A DNA stretch of 64,000 bases from a virus (taxonomy: Duplodnaviria; Caudoviricetes): IMG/VR virus record IMGVR_UViG_3300005670_000014, positions 1 through 64,000 of that record; one strand, 5' to 3'. The position numbers were made by a program, and so were the translations under genes. Every line of letters begins with the position of its first letter. Position 1 is the first letter of the stretch. The notes below the pieces were generated by a model. That model was given only the letters and a program-made list of their open reading frames with translations. It had not been told where the DNA came from and did no database searches. Positions 54,001 through 63,356 of the stretch are shown here, piece by piece.

Positions 54001-54225
54001 AAAGTAGGTTGTAAGGCAGTCTCCACATTTCGTTATAATCCTGAAACTTTAGGGTCGATTTTAAGTCGAAGTGAAGACTTAGCCAATAGTAGGTATGAAT
54101 TTAAATTAGCTGATGGTACGGTGATCCAATGTGCAGGTGGTGATCGTGTTGAATACGATGGTGAAATAACCACGGCTGAAAATTTGTTTTCCGCTTTGAA
54201 AGAGAATACTTATGGAAAATTCTAA
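51082..54225 (+). CDS. nrdJ: Class II (B12-dependent) ribonucleotide reductase large subunit, intein-containing
   Basis: PAGR, NC, GGGIG, RRGAQM, EPGVIFID, split NP|CGEQ, C.LGSI, IAPTGTIS, DSSISKT. Confidence 0.92.
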   Translation: MSFQSVSNSVYSNKYQLFDKHGNEVDESRSHSFMRVAQALAKNEKDCRYWTDVFFEAMVSGAIPAGRIMSNAGAEEHKPNTSQINCVVADTIYDSIESIGQSVKDSLITLSGGSGIGYDFSSLRPKGSFVNGVGSTTSGPLPFADIFDKGCFTIASAGGRRGAQMATFDLRHPDVLAFIKAKRENGRFRQFNISVLVPHSFFNEEKDWIFRFPIRSSDPALDTAETMWDTWHIKDAAYITNEHGQTLFKIYGKMPKSELWNLILQSNYEYAEPGVIFIDRVNEENNLWFCEEIRASNPSMPAGTLVHTNLGILPIEELENQLFSVRSLDGCWAPASCRLSGEAETLMEINFGNYKTIQATPKHLWPVLNSFGKIVKKETSELKAGDLIPLNLNLPLEFNVDPTLTEDEGFLVGVFMGNGWLSSRVDGTGYAFGISFNKLDIKVAERTLSILNQYKNNPSSIKENAHELSIQLTSKAFIEWFMLRFGIFPKTKDLPLVLFKSNDYFIRGFIDGLFSTDGSISEGNDFRGGCIIFSQKSESFTMNLAKLLSFYGIKTSVWKTESSNTVFPNGKSYNKSYTAFAVKLANSASKAFASLFNLTCERKQAKLDFLVLRKPKKSKITNLYNEVKTVTYVQGAHKVWDISVQHDQHVFPTEWGYTGNCGEQMLPPNNSCLLGSIDLTQFVEQPFTDDAHFDFSNFSNTVDVFTRMLDNVVEFNNLPLKSQQDEILQKRRHGMGFFGLGSALIMLCIHYDSKTALDFAEKVTKLMAIRGYVTGCALAEEKGCAPVLNEYFEITPEIVRKNELFKDQLGQKVKGIELFLASPYMQRLLADEPELKDRLLRHGCRFSHHTSIAPTGTISLAFGNGASGGIEPSFSHCYFRNLTVQDKKTRQQEAVYSKEFLLYKELYGQNKTDEELLKHLPDYFVTADTISWKAHIDMVAVVQKWVDSSISKTCNVPTNITLEEFKGIYDYAYKVGCKAVSTFRYNPETLGSILSRSEDLANSRYEFKLADGTVIQCAGGDRVEYDGEITTAENLFSALKENTYGKF
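51976..53061 (+). mobile_element. Intein with LAGLIDADG endonuclease (362 aa) in NrdJ
   Basis: ASNP|SMPAGTLV...TEWGYTGN|CGEQ; LVGVFMGNG and FIDGLFSTDG motifs. Confidence 0.9.
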
Positions 54226-54841
54226 AATTGTACAAATTAAAAGTCCCATTGTTGATTTCAAATACTTGGGAGATTCTAATGAGAGTTCAATTTCTAAAGA
54301 ATTGTCAATGGAAAAGTTATGCGAGACAACGGAACGTCCAGCGATTCTCGAGGGAAGAACCTATAAATTACGATCTCCAGTGTACGATGCCGCCTTGTAC
54401 ATTACCATTAACGACATTATCCTTAATCACGGTACTGAGCATGAGCAAAAACGACCGTTTGAGATTTTCATTAACTCAAAAGCCATGGAAAGTTTTCAGT
54501 GGATCGTTGCTCTCACACGAATGATCAGTGGTGTGTTTCGTAAAGGGGGCGATGTTACTTTTATTGTAGAAGAATTAAGAGCTGTTAACGATCCAAAAGG
54601 CGGTTATTGGAAAAAAGGGCAGTATATTCCCAGTATTGTGGCCGAAATTGCTTTAGTCATTGAAGAGCATTTCATTCAATTGGGATTATTAACAGCCACG
54701 GAAAAGCCCGTTGCCGTGGTTGAACCCGCAGTAAAAGATTTACCTGCTATGAGAATCTGTCCTAAATGTAATATGCCTACATTGACACGGGAATCAGGAT
54801 GTGATAAATGTTTATCATGTTCTTGGTCAAGGTGTGGATAA
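54212..54841 (+). CDS. nrdJb: NrdJb (TSCPD domain + C-terminal Zn ribbon)
   Basis: RP..L.G.TYK...ALYITIND...RPFEIFINSK...ALTR.IS.VFRKGG; CPKC...GC..C..C..SRCG. Confidence 0.9.
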   Translation: MENSKIVQIKSPIVDFKYLGDSNESSISKELSMEKLCETTERPAILEGRTYKLRSPVYDAALYITINDIILNHGTEHEQKRPFEIFINSKAMESFQWIVALTRMISGVFRKGGDVTFIVEELRAVNDPKGGYWKKGQYIPSIVAEIALVIEEHFIQLGLLTATEKPVAVVEPAVKDLPAMRICPKCNMPTLTRESGCDKCLSCSWSRCG

Positions 54842-55233
54842 TGTCTGAAAAAGCATTTCATTTAGAAGCAGTTCAATCTTTTGAACGAACCTTCCGGTGC
54901 ATCTTCCGTCAAGCAAATGAAGAAGTAGATCGTTTAGAACGAATTAATTCAGCAATGAACTTGCTGGAAAATCGTTTACTAGATCCTGAAACGATTGATG
55001 CCATGGACACCATGCAGCAAATTGCGTTAATGGAATTGCTTTCAAAGAATCAACAAGCCGCAATTAAAAATGTCATGGGGTTTAGTGGTACGTTATCCAA
55101 AGTCAAGAATGTGGTAGGAGTCTTTGACGGAATCCAACGTTACGCTTCGTTGCCGGATTCACCGGATGGAGATTTTCCTGAATTGGACTACGAAGATCGT
55201 CCTTTGATCGGACAATTGATGGATGAAGAGTAA
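54841..55233 (+). CDS. Hypothetical helical protein
   Basis: TAATG overlap. Confidence 0.65.
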   Translation: MSEKAFHLEAVQSFERTFRCIFRQANEEVDRLERINSAMNLLENRLLDPETIDAMDTMQQIALMELLSKNQQAAIKNVMGFSGTLSKVKNVVGVFDGIQRYASLPDSPDGDFPELDYEDRPLIGQLMDEE

Positions 55234-55234
55234 C

Positions 55235-55540
55235 ATGCGGCAACAAGAGTTTGATACACTATTAAAGTGGTTAGCGTATCCCGCATTGTTCAAAAATGCC
55301 ATTCGTAAATCTGTGGAAACAGGTTTAGCATTTAGAATCTTAACGGATCAAACGCTAACGGATGAGTTGAAAAATCAATTTAAAGTATTAATGCAAGAAG
55401 CAATTCCTCAAGCTGATTTACAACAACTAATGAAGGTATATGAACGAACCTTTCCACAGATTCAACATCAAAATTTTAATAATCAGATTTATAAATTACA
55501 TTCTGATGTTTTAAGAATTACACCATCGCAAAGAGTTTAA
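55235..55540 (+). CDS. Hypothetical protein
   Basis: ORF tiling the operon. Confidence 0.6.
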   Translation: MRQQEFDTLLKWLAYPALFKNAIRKSVETGLAFRILTDQTLTDELKNQFKVLMQEAIPQADLQQLMKVYERTFPQIQHQNFNNQIYKLHSDVLRITPSQRV

Positions 55541-55992
55541 TGATGAATATTATGACCCCGGCTGAAGCTTTTGAACGTTATTATGATTTAGGTGTTAAGC
55601 GTAATTTATTACGTTTATCTAAGATCATTGGTATTGAATTTGATTTATTGTCCAGTTGGGCGGATGGTTATGCATGGGATGAAAAAGTTGAAGCACGGGA
55701 TAAAGAAGTTAATCGAGTTTTTGAACAAGTATACAAACAACGTACTTTAGACATTCGAAATCGACTAGTAAGACAGATTGATACTTTATTAAAAGATATG
55801 GAAAGTTGTAGTTTGGGGTTGCCATTCGGGGTAACGTCTCCTGCTGAATTACGTTCAGTTGCACAGGCGTATCGAGAGTTAGTTCAAGCGAATGTATTAG
55901 CGATGACTAAAGGTGTGGATATGGGTGGTGGTAAAGCGCCTAAGACTTGGAGTGATTTGTTAGAGCAAATTGAAAATACGGAAACTGAATGA
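55540..55992 (+). CDS. Putative terminase small subunit
   Basis: AFERYYDLG..R.L..LS...L..WA..Y.W.E..EARD HTH pattern, directly before terL. Confidence 0.55.
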   Translation: MMNIMTPAEAFERYYDLGVKRNLLRLSKIIGIEFDLLSSWADGYAWDEKVEARDKEVNRVFEQVYKQRTLDIRNRLVRQIDTLLKDMESCSLGLPFGVTSPAELRSVAQAYRELVQANVLAMTKGVDMGGGKAPKTWSDLLEQIENTETE

Positions 55993-55993
55993 C

Positions 55994-58669
55994 ATGGATC
56001 GTAAAAAGAATTGGAAAAGTGAACTTGTTTTACGTGGACGACAAGATCCAGCTTGGTGGATTGAGAGTGTTTTAGGTGGAAGTCTTTGGGAAAAACAAAA
56101 AGAGATTTGCAAAGCTTTAGTTAAGTATGAAAGAGTCGCGGTAGCAGGTGCGTTTGGCTTTGGCAAATGTGTTGCTTTTGGTGAGCGCATAGTACTTTCC
56201 AATGGCAATGTTGCTAACGCTGAAGATTTGATTGGTAAATCTTTTAAAGTTCTTGCTTGGGATGAAAAAACTGGACAACAAATCGAAGCTGAGGCTTTTG
56301 CTGAAGATAATGGTTTAAAACCAGTTTGTAAGATCACTACTAAATCGGGGCGTTGCATTATTCGTACTGAAAACCATCCTTTATACACTTGCTATCTTCC
56401 AAAACGAAATGTTCATCGGATACCAACATTGCCAAAATGGAGACCTATTAATAATTTAAGGGGTAATATGGTTGTTGCCGTACCTTTGAAATTGAATGTT
56501 TTAGCAACAAAAACAATTACAGAAGATGAAGCTAAGTTGATTGGCTATTTATTGGGAGATGGCGGTACGACAACTGGTATAACCTTTACACAAGAGTTGG
56601 GAAAAACTCTTGATGATTTTAGAGATATTGTTAATCGTTTTAACTGTGATGTTATCAAAAAAACTGATTCACGATACGATTATCGTGTGATTGGACGTGA
56701 ACGTACTGAAGATAATATAAATAGATACAATCCACTGTTGGAAAAATTTCGTGCATGGGGATTAATTGGACATAAAGCTAAACATAAATATTTACCAGAT
56801 TTTATTTGGGAATTAAATGATGATTCTTTAGCTTTAATTATGAATCGTTTATTTGCTTGTGACGGTTGGGTGTATATACCAAAAACAGATCGTGAAACAT
56901 CTAGAATTGCTATTACTTTAGCATCTGAAAAATTAATTCGTGATATTGAATTAGTGATGCTTCGTTTGGGTATTTATGGAAATGTTTCTTATGGACAAAA
57001 AACTTGCAATGGTAAAAAGTTTGACGCTTGGACTTGGCAAGTTTTTAAAGGTGTAGAAGTTTTAAAATTTATTGATCGTGTTGGAATTTTTGGAAAAGAA
57101 ATTAAATTAGAAAAATGTCGTCAATTTGTTTTAACAAAAACCAGTTTTAAGCATACACTGGAATGGCCTTTTAAAAGTCTTCCAGAAGGTTATGCTTGGG
57201 AACAAATAAGATCGATTGAATATTTAGGATTGCAACCAACTGTGGGTATTTGTGTACCGGAATATAATACGTACTTGACTACGTTTGTAGAACATAACAC
57301 TCATTTGGCCGCGAGATTAATGTTATGGTTTTTGCTCTGTCATCCAAATTCTAAAGTAGTATCCACGGCTCCCACACAGAGGCAGGTGAAAGATTTACTT
57401 TGGTCAGAATTACGTGCAGCACATGCTAAAGCAATTATGCCGTTAGGTGGAGAACTTTTACAGTTACAATACAAATTGGGCGAAGATCATTTTGCGGTTG
57501 GTTTTAGTACAGATTCTGAAAATATAGATCGATTTACGGGCTACCATGCACCTCATCAGTTGGTAGTTTTTGATCAAGCTGGAGGTATTGATAGTCCAAT
57601 TTGGGAAGCCGCAGAAGGTTTAATGACTTCTGCAAATTGTCGTTGGTTAGCTATTTCCAATACAGCTATTTCCAGTTGCGAATTAGCTAACATCTGTATG
57701 CCAGATCGTAAAACCAAGTTTGGTGACTGGCACGTTATTCGGGTAAAAGCAACTGAAACGCCTAATGTCTTAGCTGGTAAAAATATTTATCCCGGTTTGA
57801 TTGCTTATGATTGGGTAAAAAAGCGTGAAGAAGCTTGGGGTCGGGATGATCCATTATACAAAATCTTCGTAGAAGCAGAGTTTATTCCTGACTCTGAAAT
57901 GGTGGTTGTACCGTACAAAGCGATTGTTGATGCATTCAATATGAATGGGGAGTTGGGTTCGCATATTGAAGTGGGCTTAGACGTAGCGCGAATGGGGACG
58001 GACAGTACCGTATGGACTGCGGTTAGTGGTTCACGGGTGATGGAAGTCAAGCGAGTCACGGGCAATACCACCATGCAAGTGGTAGGTTTGACGGTAGAGT
58101 TTGTAAAGCATTTACAAGAAACTTATGGTTTACCCGTAACTGCGGTAAAGATTGACGTAATTGGTTTAGGTGCGGGTGTATATGATCGATTGATAGAATT
58201 GGATGACGACAATATTGAAATTCCCGTAGTGGCAGTCAATAATGCGGAAGTCAATATTGTGGTAGATAAAGAACGTTATTCTAATGTTCGTGCGGAGATG
58301 GCTTGGGCATTTCGTTATCGAATTGATCATGGTAATGTGGGATTGGCGGCGGTACAAGTTCACGATTATGAAATTAAAGAGTATATTCGTGGTGATATTC
58401 AAGCCATGCGTTATAAGATCACTTCACAAGGTAAGATTCAGTTATTACCCAAAGAAGAACTTAAAAAGAATTTAGGACGATCTCCTGACTATTGGGATTC
58501 ATTAGTTATGGCATTTGAAACACCGGGTGGTGGACCTCCGATGCTGGAATCGATATCTTCAAAGAAAGAACGTGAAGAAGAGTTTTCAATTTCAGAAGAA
58601 GAGTGGCAAATTTTAATGGGTACGCGGATGCCCATGGATGATCGATTTTTCCGAGACGTACAATTTTAA
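55994..58669 (+). CDS. terL: Terminase large subunit, intein-containing
   Basis: VAVAGAFGFGK|T Walker A, APT.RQ, VVFDQA.G Walker B-like, ISN, GLDVAR.G.D nuclease, D..D at the C-terminus. Confidence 0.9.
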   Translation: MDRKKNWKSELVLRGRQDPAWWIESVLGGSLWEKQKEICKALVKYERVAVAGAFGFGKCVAFGERIVLSNGNVANAEDLIGKSFKVLAWDEKTGQQIEAEAFAEDNGLKPVCKITTKSGRCIIRTENHPLYTCYLPKRNVHRIPTLPKWRPINNLRGNMVVAVPLKLNVLATKTITEDEAKLIGYLLGDGGTTTGITFTQELGKTLDDFRDIVNRFNCDVIKKTDSRYDYRVIGRERTEDNINRYNPLLEKFRAWGLIGHKAKHKYLPDFIWELNDDSLALIMNRLFACDGWVYIPKTDRETSRIAITLASEKLIRDIELVMLRLGIYGNVSYGQKTCNGKKFDAWTWQVFKGVEVLKFIDRVGIFGKEIKLEKCRQFVLTKTSFKHTLEWPFKSLPEGYAWEQIRSIEYLGLQPTVGICVPEYNTYLTTFVEHNTHLAARLMLWFLLCHPNSKVVSTAPTQRQVKDLLWSELRAAHAKAIMPLGGELLQLQYKLGEDHFAVGFSTDSENIDRFTGYHAPHQLVVFDQAGGIDSPIWEAAEGLMTSANCRWLAISNTAISSCELANICMPDRKTKFGDWHVIRVKATETPNVLAGKNIYPGLIAYDWVKKREEAWGRDDPLYKIFVEAEFIPDSEMVVVPYKAIVDAFNMNGELGSHIEVGLDVARMGTDSTVWTAVSGSRVMEVKRVTGNTTMQVVGLTVEFVKHLQETYGLPVTAVKIDVIGLGAGVYDRLIELDDDNIEIPVVAVNNAEVNIVVDKERYSNVRAEMAWAFRYRIDHGNVGLAAVQVHDYEIKEYIRGDIQAMRYKITSQGKIQLLPKEELKKNLGRSPDYWDSLVMAFETPGGGPPMLESISSKKEREEEFSISEEEWQILMGTRMPMDDRFFRDVQF
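56168..57298 (+). mobile_element. Intein with LAGLIDADG endonuclease (377 aa) in TerL
   Basis: GK|CVAFGE...VEHN|T; LIGYLLGDG and RLFACDG motifs. Confidence 0.92.
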
Positions 58670-58732
58670 ATTTTTATTGACAAGGATGTAATTTCATGGC
58701 ACAGTATTCGAATCAGACTATTAGGCTTATTC

Positions 58733-60322
58733 ATGAGCTTTAAAATCTTTTCATTTAATGATTGGTTATCCGAAGGCGGCGCTGCGGGGCTGCGTTCTTT
58801 TGTTCTTAATAATTCTTATGAAAGGATGTGTTGGGTATATGCGTGTGTTAATCGCATTGCCACATCTGCCAGTTCAGCACCTTTAGTTTTTTATCAAGGA
58901 AAACCAGATCGTATCCCTTCAGATGCTCCAAATGAAAAAGAACGGATCAAAGATCGAGAGCATCTAGTCTATCAATTATTTAATCCACCAAATCCTCCCA
59001 CAATCATTAGTTTAAAACAATTAATGTATCGTACTTTTGTGCATGTCAGTATTGATGGATTGGTTTTTTGGATTATTGAACGTAAGAAAGGTGTAGCAAC
59101 ATCCATTGATATTCGTTTAAAGACTGAATTACGCCCCATTTTAGTGTACACCAATGCTGATCCAGCCCGTCCGCAATTACGCGGTTGGGAAGATTCATCG
59201 GGTAAAAAATATTTACCAGAAGATGTACTTCCGTTGGATAATTATAATCCAAAAGATCCTTTAGCGGGATTATCACAACTCAGTCCTTCACGGATGAGTT
59301 TAGAATCAGAGTTTAGTATTGCGGGATGGAATTCGGCTTTTTTCCGTTCCGGGATGAAAAACCCATTATTGATTCAAGCAAAAGGTCAGTTAACCCGCGA
59401 ACAAAAGAAAGACATTCGCAGTGAAGTGGTGAATTATTACAGTGGGATTGATGGAGCGCACGGAGCGTTGTTAATGCAAGGTGGAGTTGAAGTCAAACCG
59501 CTCGTTGTCAATCCAAAAGATGTTGATTTCATTCGTGGTAAAGAATTAAACCGTGAAGAAGTACTTGCAGTGTTTGGTGTCCCTCCATCAATTGTGGGTA
59601 TTTTTAGTTACAGTAATTACAGTAATGTGAGAGAACAAATTAGAATCTTTTGGGAACATACTTTATTACCCAAAATGAATCACGTTTTAGAACTCATTCA
59701 ATTTAATATTTTAGATCGTGATTTTCCTGGCGTGTATGCGCAATGGGATGTTAGTAAAGTCGCTGGTTTAGCTCCTGATCCTGTTGAATTAGCAGCACCA
59801 GCATCTCAGTATCATGCCATGGGCTATTCCCCGTCACAAACTGCGACCATTTTAAAATGTCCAGGACTAGAACCAGATAAAGATTTTAAAAAGCCGGAAC
59901 CCATTAAGCCACAGATGCCAACAGCAGATAATGAAGATGACGAAACATCTGCTGAAAAGCCCAAAAAACCTAAAAAGCCAAAAGATCCTAATGCTGGTGA
60001 TCCGAAGCCTTCGGATAAGCCCAAACCCGATAATAACAATTCTTATTTAAAAGAATTGTTAATGGATAAGATATATTTATTTGCAATCAATGTTCCTTTA
60101 TCGGCTCCAACACATAAACAAATTTTTGCTCTTTGGCAAGATTTGGTAATTTCTGTATTACAAGAAAAGTTTAAAGGTTTTGATTTTTTACAATTTAATT
60201 TATTACCTGAGATGCTTTGTCAAAAACCAACTGAAAAGATGCGACAAGAATTCATTAAAAATAGTGAGTTAATAGCTGAAAAAATGCTAAACACTATTTA
60301 CAAAGCAAAAGTAAGACTATAG
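58733..60322 (+). CDS. Portal protein (HK97-like)
   Basis: WVYACV..IA...SS.PL; GLSQL; FF..G..P; G..L..G; EEVLAVFGVPP..VG; YSN; D/K/P-rich linker. Confidence 0.9.
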   Translation: MSFKIFSFNDWLSEGGAAGLRSFVLNNSYERMCWVYACVNRIATSASSAPLVFYQGKPDRIPSDAPNEKERIKDREHLVYQLFNPPNPPTIISLKQLMYRTFVHVSIDGLVFWIIERKKGVATSIDIRLKTELRPILVYTNADPARPQLRGWEDSSGKKYLPEDVLPLDNYNPKDPLAGLSQLSPSRMSLESEFSIAGWNSAFFRSGMKNPLLIQAKGQLTREQKKDIRSEVVNYYSGIDGAHGALLMQGGVEVKPLVVNPKDVDFIRGKELNREEVLAVFGVPPSIVGIFSYSNYSNVREQIRIFWEHTLLPKMNHVLELIQFNILDRDFPGVYAQWDVSKVAGLAPDPVELAAPASQYHAMGYSPSQTATILKCPGLEPDKDFKKPEPIKPQMPTADNEDDETSAEKPKKPKKPKDPNAGDPKPSDKPKPDNNNSYLKELLMDKIYLFAINVPLSAPTHKQIFALWQDLVISVLQEKFKGFDFLQFNLLPEMLCQKPTEKMRQEFIKNSELIAEKMLNTIYKAKVRL

Positions 60323-60347
60323 TATTCACTGATTATAGGAGATTACC

Positions 60348-61766
60348 ATGTTTAGTATTTGCCAATTTGATTTTAAAAGACCTACTTTATTGAAAAAAGG
60401 GGTCGGTATTAAAAACGTATATACCGCGATTGCCAGTACGGCGGCTGTAGATCGTCATAAAGAAATTTTAGTACCTCGCGGGGTCATTACTGATGCTTTT
60501 ATGAAGAATCCAGTGATGTTGGATATTCATAATTCGCGGACTTATCCAGTGGGTAAGGTCGTTGAAATTAAGGTCAGTAAAGAATCTGTTGAAATTCATT
60601 TTGAATTTGCAGATACTGAAGAAGGTGTTAAACTGGAAAAACTTTATACTTCCGGTTTTATGAACGCTTTTTCGGTAGGTTTTATTCCTAAGAATTATAT
60701 TGATCTATATGACATGCGGGGTGATGATGGCAAGTTATCCATCACTTCGTTAGAAGTTGAATTGCCCAATGGCGAAAAGGAACTTTTAGATCTGAGTCAA
60801 TACAAAGAAATTCCTTATGGAATTATTTCCAAATGGGAACTCTTAGAAGTGAGTCCTGTTTCAGTTCCGGCCAATCCCGAAGCGTTAATGCTCCGTGCGA
60901 AAGATGACATTGTTCGTAAATACTTGGACTCCGGTCATCATCAAGTTGCTGCCAAGTTGCTAGATGCACAACTCAGTGAGCATATTACCGAACTGCGTAA
61001 GCATTTTGATGATCTTTTGAATACGTCAAAAGATGAACATGTTGAAATGAGTTACGCTGTTCCATTCCAAGATTCTAAGGCTTTAGATCAAGAATGGGAT
61101 GCTTCGGAAGCTCGTGCATGTTTGGCATTATGGTCAAGTGAAGATAAGACTGGTGAAAAGGAAACTTTGAACTGGTCTAAATTCGCTAAAGGCTTTGGTT
61201 GGATCGATCTGGAAAAAGCCGATCAGTTCCGTAGCTATCGTTATATTCATCATACTGTAGAAGGTGATGAATTGTATGTTGTGGCTGAAGGTTTGAAAGC
61301 GGCCATGGCGGATTTGTTAACGGATAAGTCAGTTAATAATGCTGAAGAAGTTTACGCACATCTAGCGAAGCATTATGAAGCTTTTGATCTGACTGCACCA
61401 GAATTTAAAGATTATACTGAGGATGAATTGCAAAAGATTCGTTCCGGTGAATCTTTGATTGAAACCATCGAAGAGACTGAATTGGAAAGTTCAGAATCTG
61501 AAAAAGATGTTAATCCAGATGTTCTTAAAGATTTGATCAATATTGGATTTACTGAAGTTAAAGATCAAATTTCCGAATTGGAAGAAACAGTTCGGTTGCG
61601 TATGAACATCCTCAGTAAGATGTTTGACGAGTTGCAGAAAGAATTGTTGACTTCTAAGCCAACCACTGAGACTGTTACAGTCGAAGATGATTCTGATGAA
61701 GTCAAACTGTTTGCTGATAAACTCACTGCATTATCTTCCATGTTTGAAGATATTCGTGTTCAATAA
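60348..61766 (+). CDS. Prohead protease with long C-terminal extension
   Basis: VDRH.E, L..HN...PVGK, AFSVGF, LLEVS.VSVPANPEAL. Confidence 0.88.
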   Translation: MFSICQFDFKRPTLLKKGVGIKNVYTAIASTAAVDRHKEILVPRGVITDAFMKNPVMLDIHNSRTYPVGKVVEIKVSKESVEIHFEFADTEEGVKLEKLYTSGFMNAFSVGFIPKNYIDLYDMRGDDGKLSITSLEVELPNGEKELLDLSQYKEIPYGIISKWELLEVSPVSVPANPEALMLRAKDDIVRKYLDSGHHQVAAKLLDAQLSEHITELRKHFDDLLNTSKDEHVEMSYAVPFQDSKALDQEWDASEARACLALWSSEDKTGEKETLNWSKFAKGFGWIDLEKADQFRSYRYIHHTVEGDELYVVAEGLKAAMADLLTDKSVNNAEEVYAHLAKHYEAFDLTAPEFKDYTEDELQKIRSGESLIETIEETELESSESEKDVNPDVLKDLINIGFTEVKDQISELEETVRLRMNILSKMFDELQKELLTSKPTTETVTVEDDSDEVKLFADKLTALSSMFEDIRVQ

Positions 61767-61789
61767 AACCTTTGTGGAGTGTATGTAAC

Positions 61790-62932
61790 ATGTTAGATCA
61801 TGATATGAAAAAGCAGTTTGACGAATTTTCGAGTTCGGTTAAAGAATCTATTGCATTGTTTAAGAATCAAGATGCTTTGGTTAAAACTTTGCAACAGCGG
61901 ATTGGTGAACTAGAACAGCGTGTACTGGATAACAGTGTTTGCACGATCTTAGAGTCTACTCATGGCGAAGTGGGCTTTACTGATCCTAAAAAAGCTAAAG
62001 AGTTTGTTACTTTAGTTCGTCACATCTTTAACAAGGATGATTATGCGGTTAAAGATTTGGTTGAAGGTCGTGATGCAGATGGTGGATATCTGGTTCAGCC
62101 CGAATATCGCAACACCATGATGTCGTTGATTGAACAGTATGGCGTGGCTCGGCAGTTTTGTACGGTCATTCCCATGTCTACCACTGAACTGATCATGCCG
62201 AAGCTGACAGGTGGCGTTCAAGTTTACTGGATTGGTGAAGGCCAAACAATTACTGAGACTCAGCCGACGTTTGGTGAGTTCCGTATGACCGTCAAGAAAT
62301 TGGCGGCATTGGTTCCGATGACCAGTGAATTGCTGAATGACGCGAATCTAGCTATTGCTAACTTGTTGGCAACTCTGTTTGCTCAAGCGTTGGCTAAGGA
62401 AGAAGATCGTATCGTATTTGTGGGTAATACTGCTGCCAGTGATCCGTTCAATGGTGTGCTCCGTGATCCTGGTGTCTACAGTCATATTTTGGGCAGTGGC
62501 AAGACCAAGTTCACTAGTGCTACGGCTGGAGATTTGGCTGACGTGACTTCGCGTAATTCGTTGTATACGCAAGGTGCTCGTTGGTTCATGCACCGCACGA
62601 TCTTTAACGTGATTCGTCAGTTGCAAGATGGTGATGGCATGTACATTTGGGGTAATCCCACGCAAAGTTCTGATCAAGGTCTTATTTGGGGCTATCCGTA
62701 CACCTTGGTTGAAAATATGCCAGCGGTTACGGCGACTGCGGTCAGTACTCCGTATATCTTCTTTGGTAATCTGATGCATTACTACATTGGTGATCGTCAG
62801 CAGATGACTTTGGCCCGTTCGGAGCATGTTGGCTTTGCGGCGGACAAAGTGTATCTTCGTGTACTTCAGCGTGAAGGTATGGCTTATGCTTTACCGGAAA
62901 CCGGCGTTGCGGTAACGACTGCGGCTAGCTAA
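61790..62932 (+). CDS. Major capsid protein (HK97 fold)
   Basis: DGGYLVQPE, WIGEGQ, KKLAALVPMTSELL.DA, ED..VF.G, GYP, FGNL..Y.IGDR; short coiled-coil N-terminus. Confidence 0.93.
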   Translation: MLDHDMKKQFDEFSSSVKESIALFKNQDALVKTLQQRIGELEQRVLDNSVCTILESTHGEVGFTDPKKAKEFVTLVRHIFNKDDYAVKDLVEGRDADGGYLVQPEYRNTMMSLIEQYGVARQFCTVIPMSTTELIMPKLTGGVQVYWIGEGQTITETQPTFGEFRMTVKKLAALVPMTSELLNDANLAIANLLATLFAQALAKEEDRIVFVGNTAASDPFNGVLRDPGVYSHILGSGKTKFTSATAGDLADVTSRNSLYTQGARWFMHRTIFNVIRQLQDGDGMYIWGNPTQSSDQGLIWGYPYTLVENMPAVTATAVSTPYIFFGNLMHYYIGDRQQMTLARSEHVGFAADKVYLRVLQREGMAYALPETGVAVTTAAS

Positions 62933-62940
62933 GTTTGATA

Positions 62941-62975
62941 GAGTGGGACTGCGAATTTTACAGTCCCACTCATTT
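62941..62975 (+). terminator. Hairpin after the capsid gene
   Basis: GAGTGGGACTG / CAGTCCCACTC, 11-bp stem, weak T tail. Confidence 0.6.
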
Positions 62976-62988
62976 CCAAGGAGTTTTT

Positions 62989-63345
62989 ATGTTATATCAA
63001 GCAACAAGACAGTTTGGTGATTTTGTTAATGGAATTGAAATTCCTTATGGTGGTTATGTTGAAACGGATTGTATTAAATGGGTACAACGGATTGGTCCTT
63101 TTTTAAGACCTTTGTCACCCAGTGAAAAGCCAAAAGGAAAAATAATCAGTGTTAAAGATACACTTGAAGATGTTGTAGTTGAAGTGGTGATTAAGGAAGA
63201 TATCGCTATTAAGGAAGAAGTACTTGAAGAGCCTATTCTTGAAATTACTGAAGAAGCTCTGGTTGAAGAAACTGATGTTACGGAAGAATCTGTGGTTGAA
63301 ACGACACCTTTACGTCGTAAAATTAAACCATTACGTAATAATTAA
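62989..63345 (+). CDS. Head-associated small protein with acidic tail
   Basis: AAGGAG RBS; position after the MCP. Confidence 0.6.
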   Translation: MLYQATRQFGDFVNGIEIPYGGYVETDCIKWVQRIGPFLRPLSPSEKPKGKIISVKDTLEDVVVEVVIKEDIAIKEEVLEEPILEITEEALVEETDVTEESVVETTPLRRKIKPLRNN

Positions 63346-63356
63346 GGATTTTTAGC

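Noticed and set aside
51082-58669. Group I introns in nrdJ or terL
   Set aside because: Both frames are continuous, and the insertions have intein termini.
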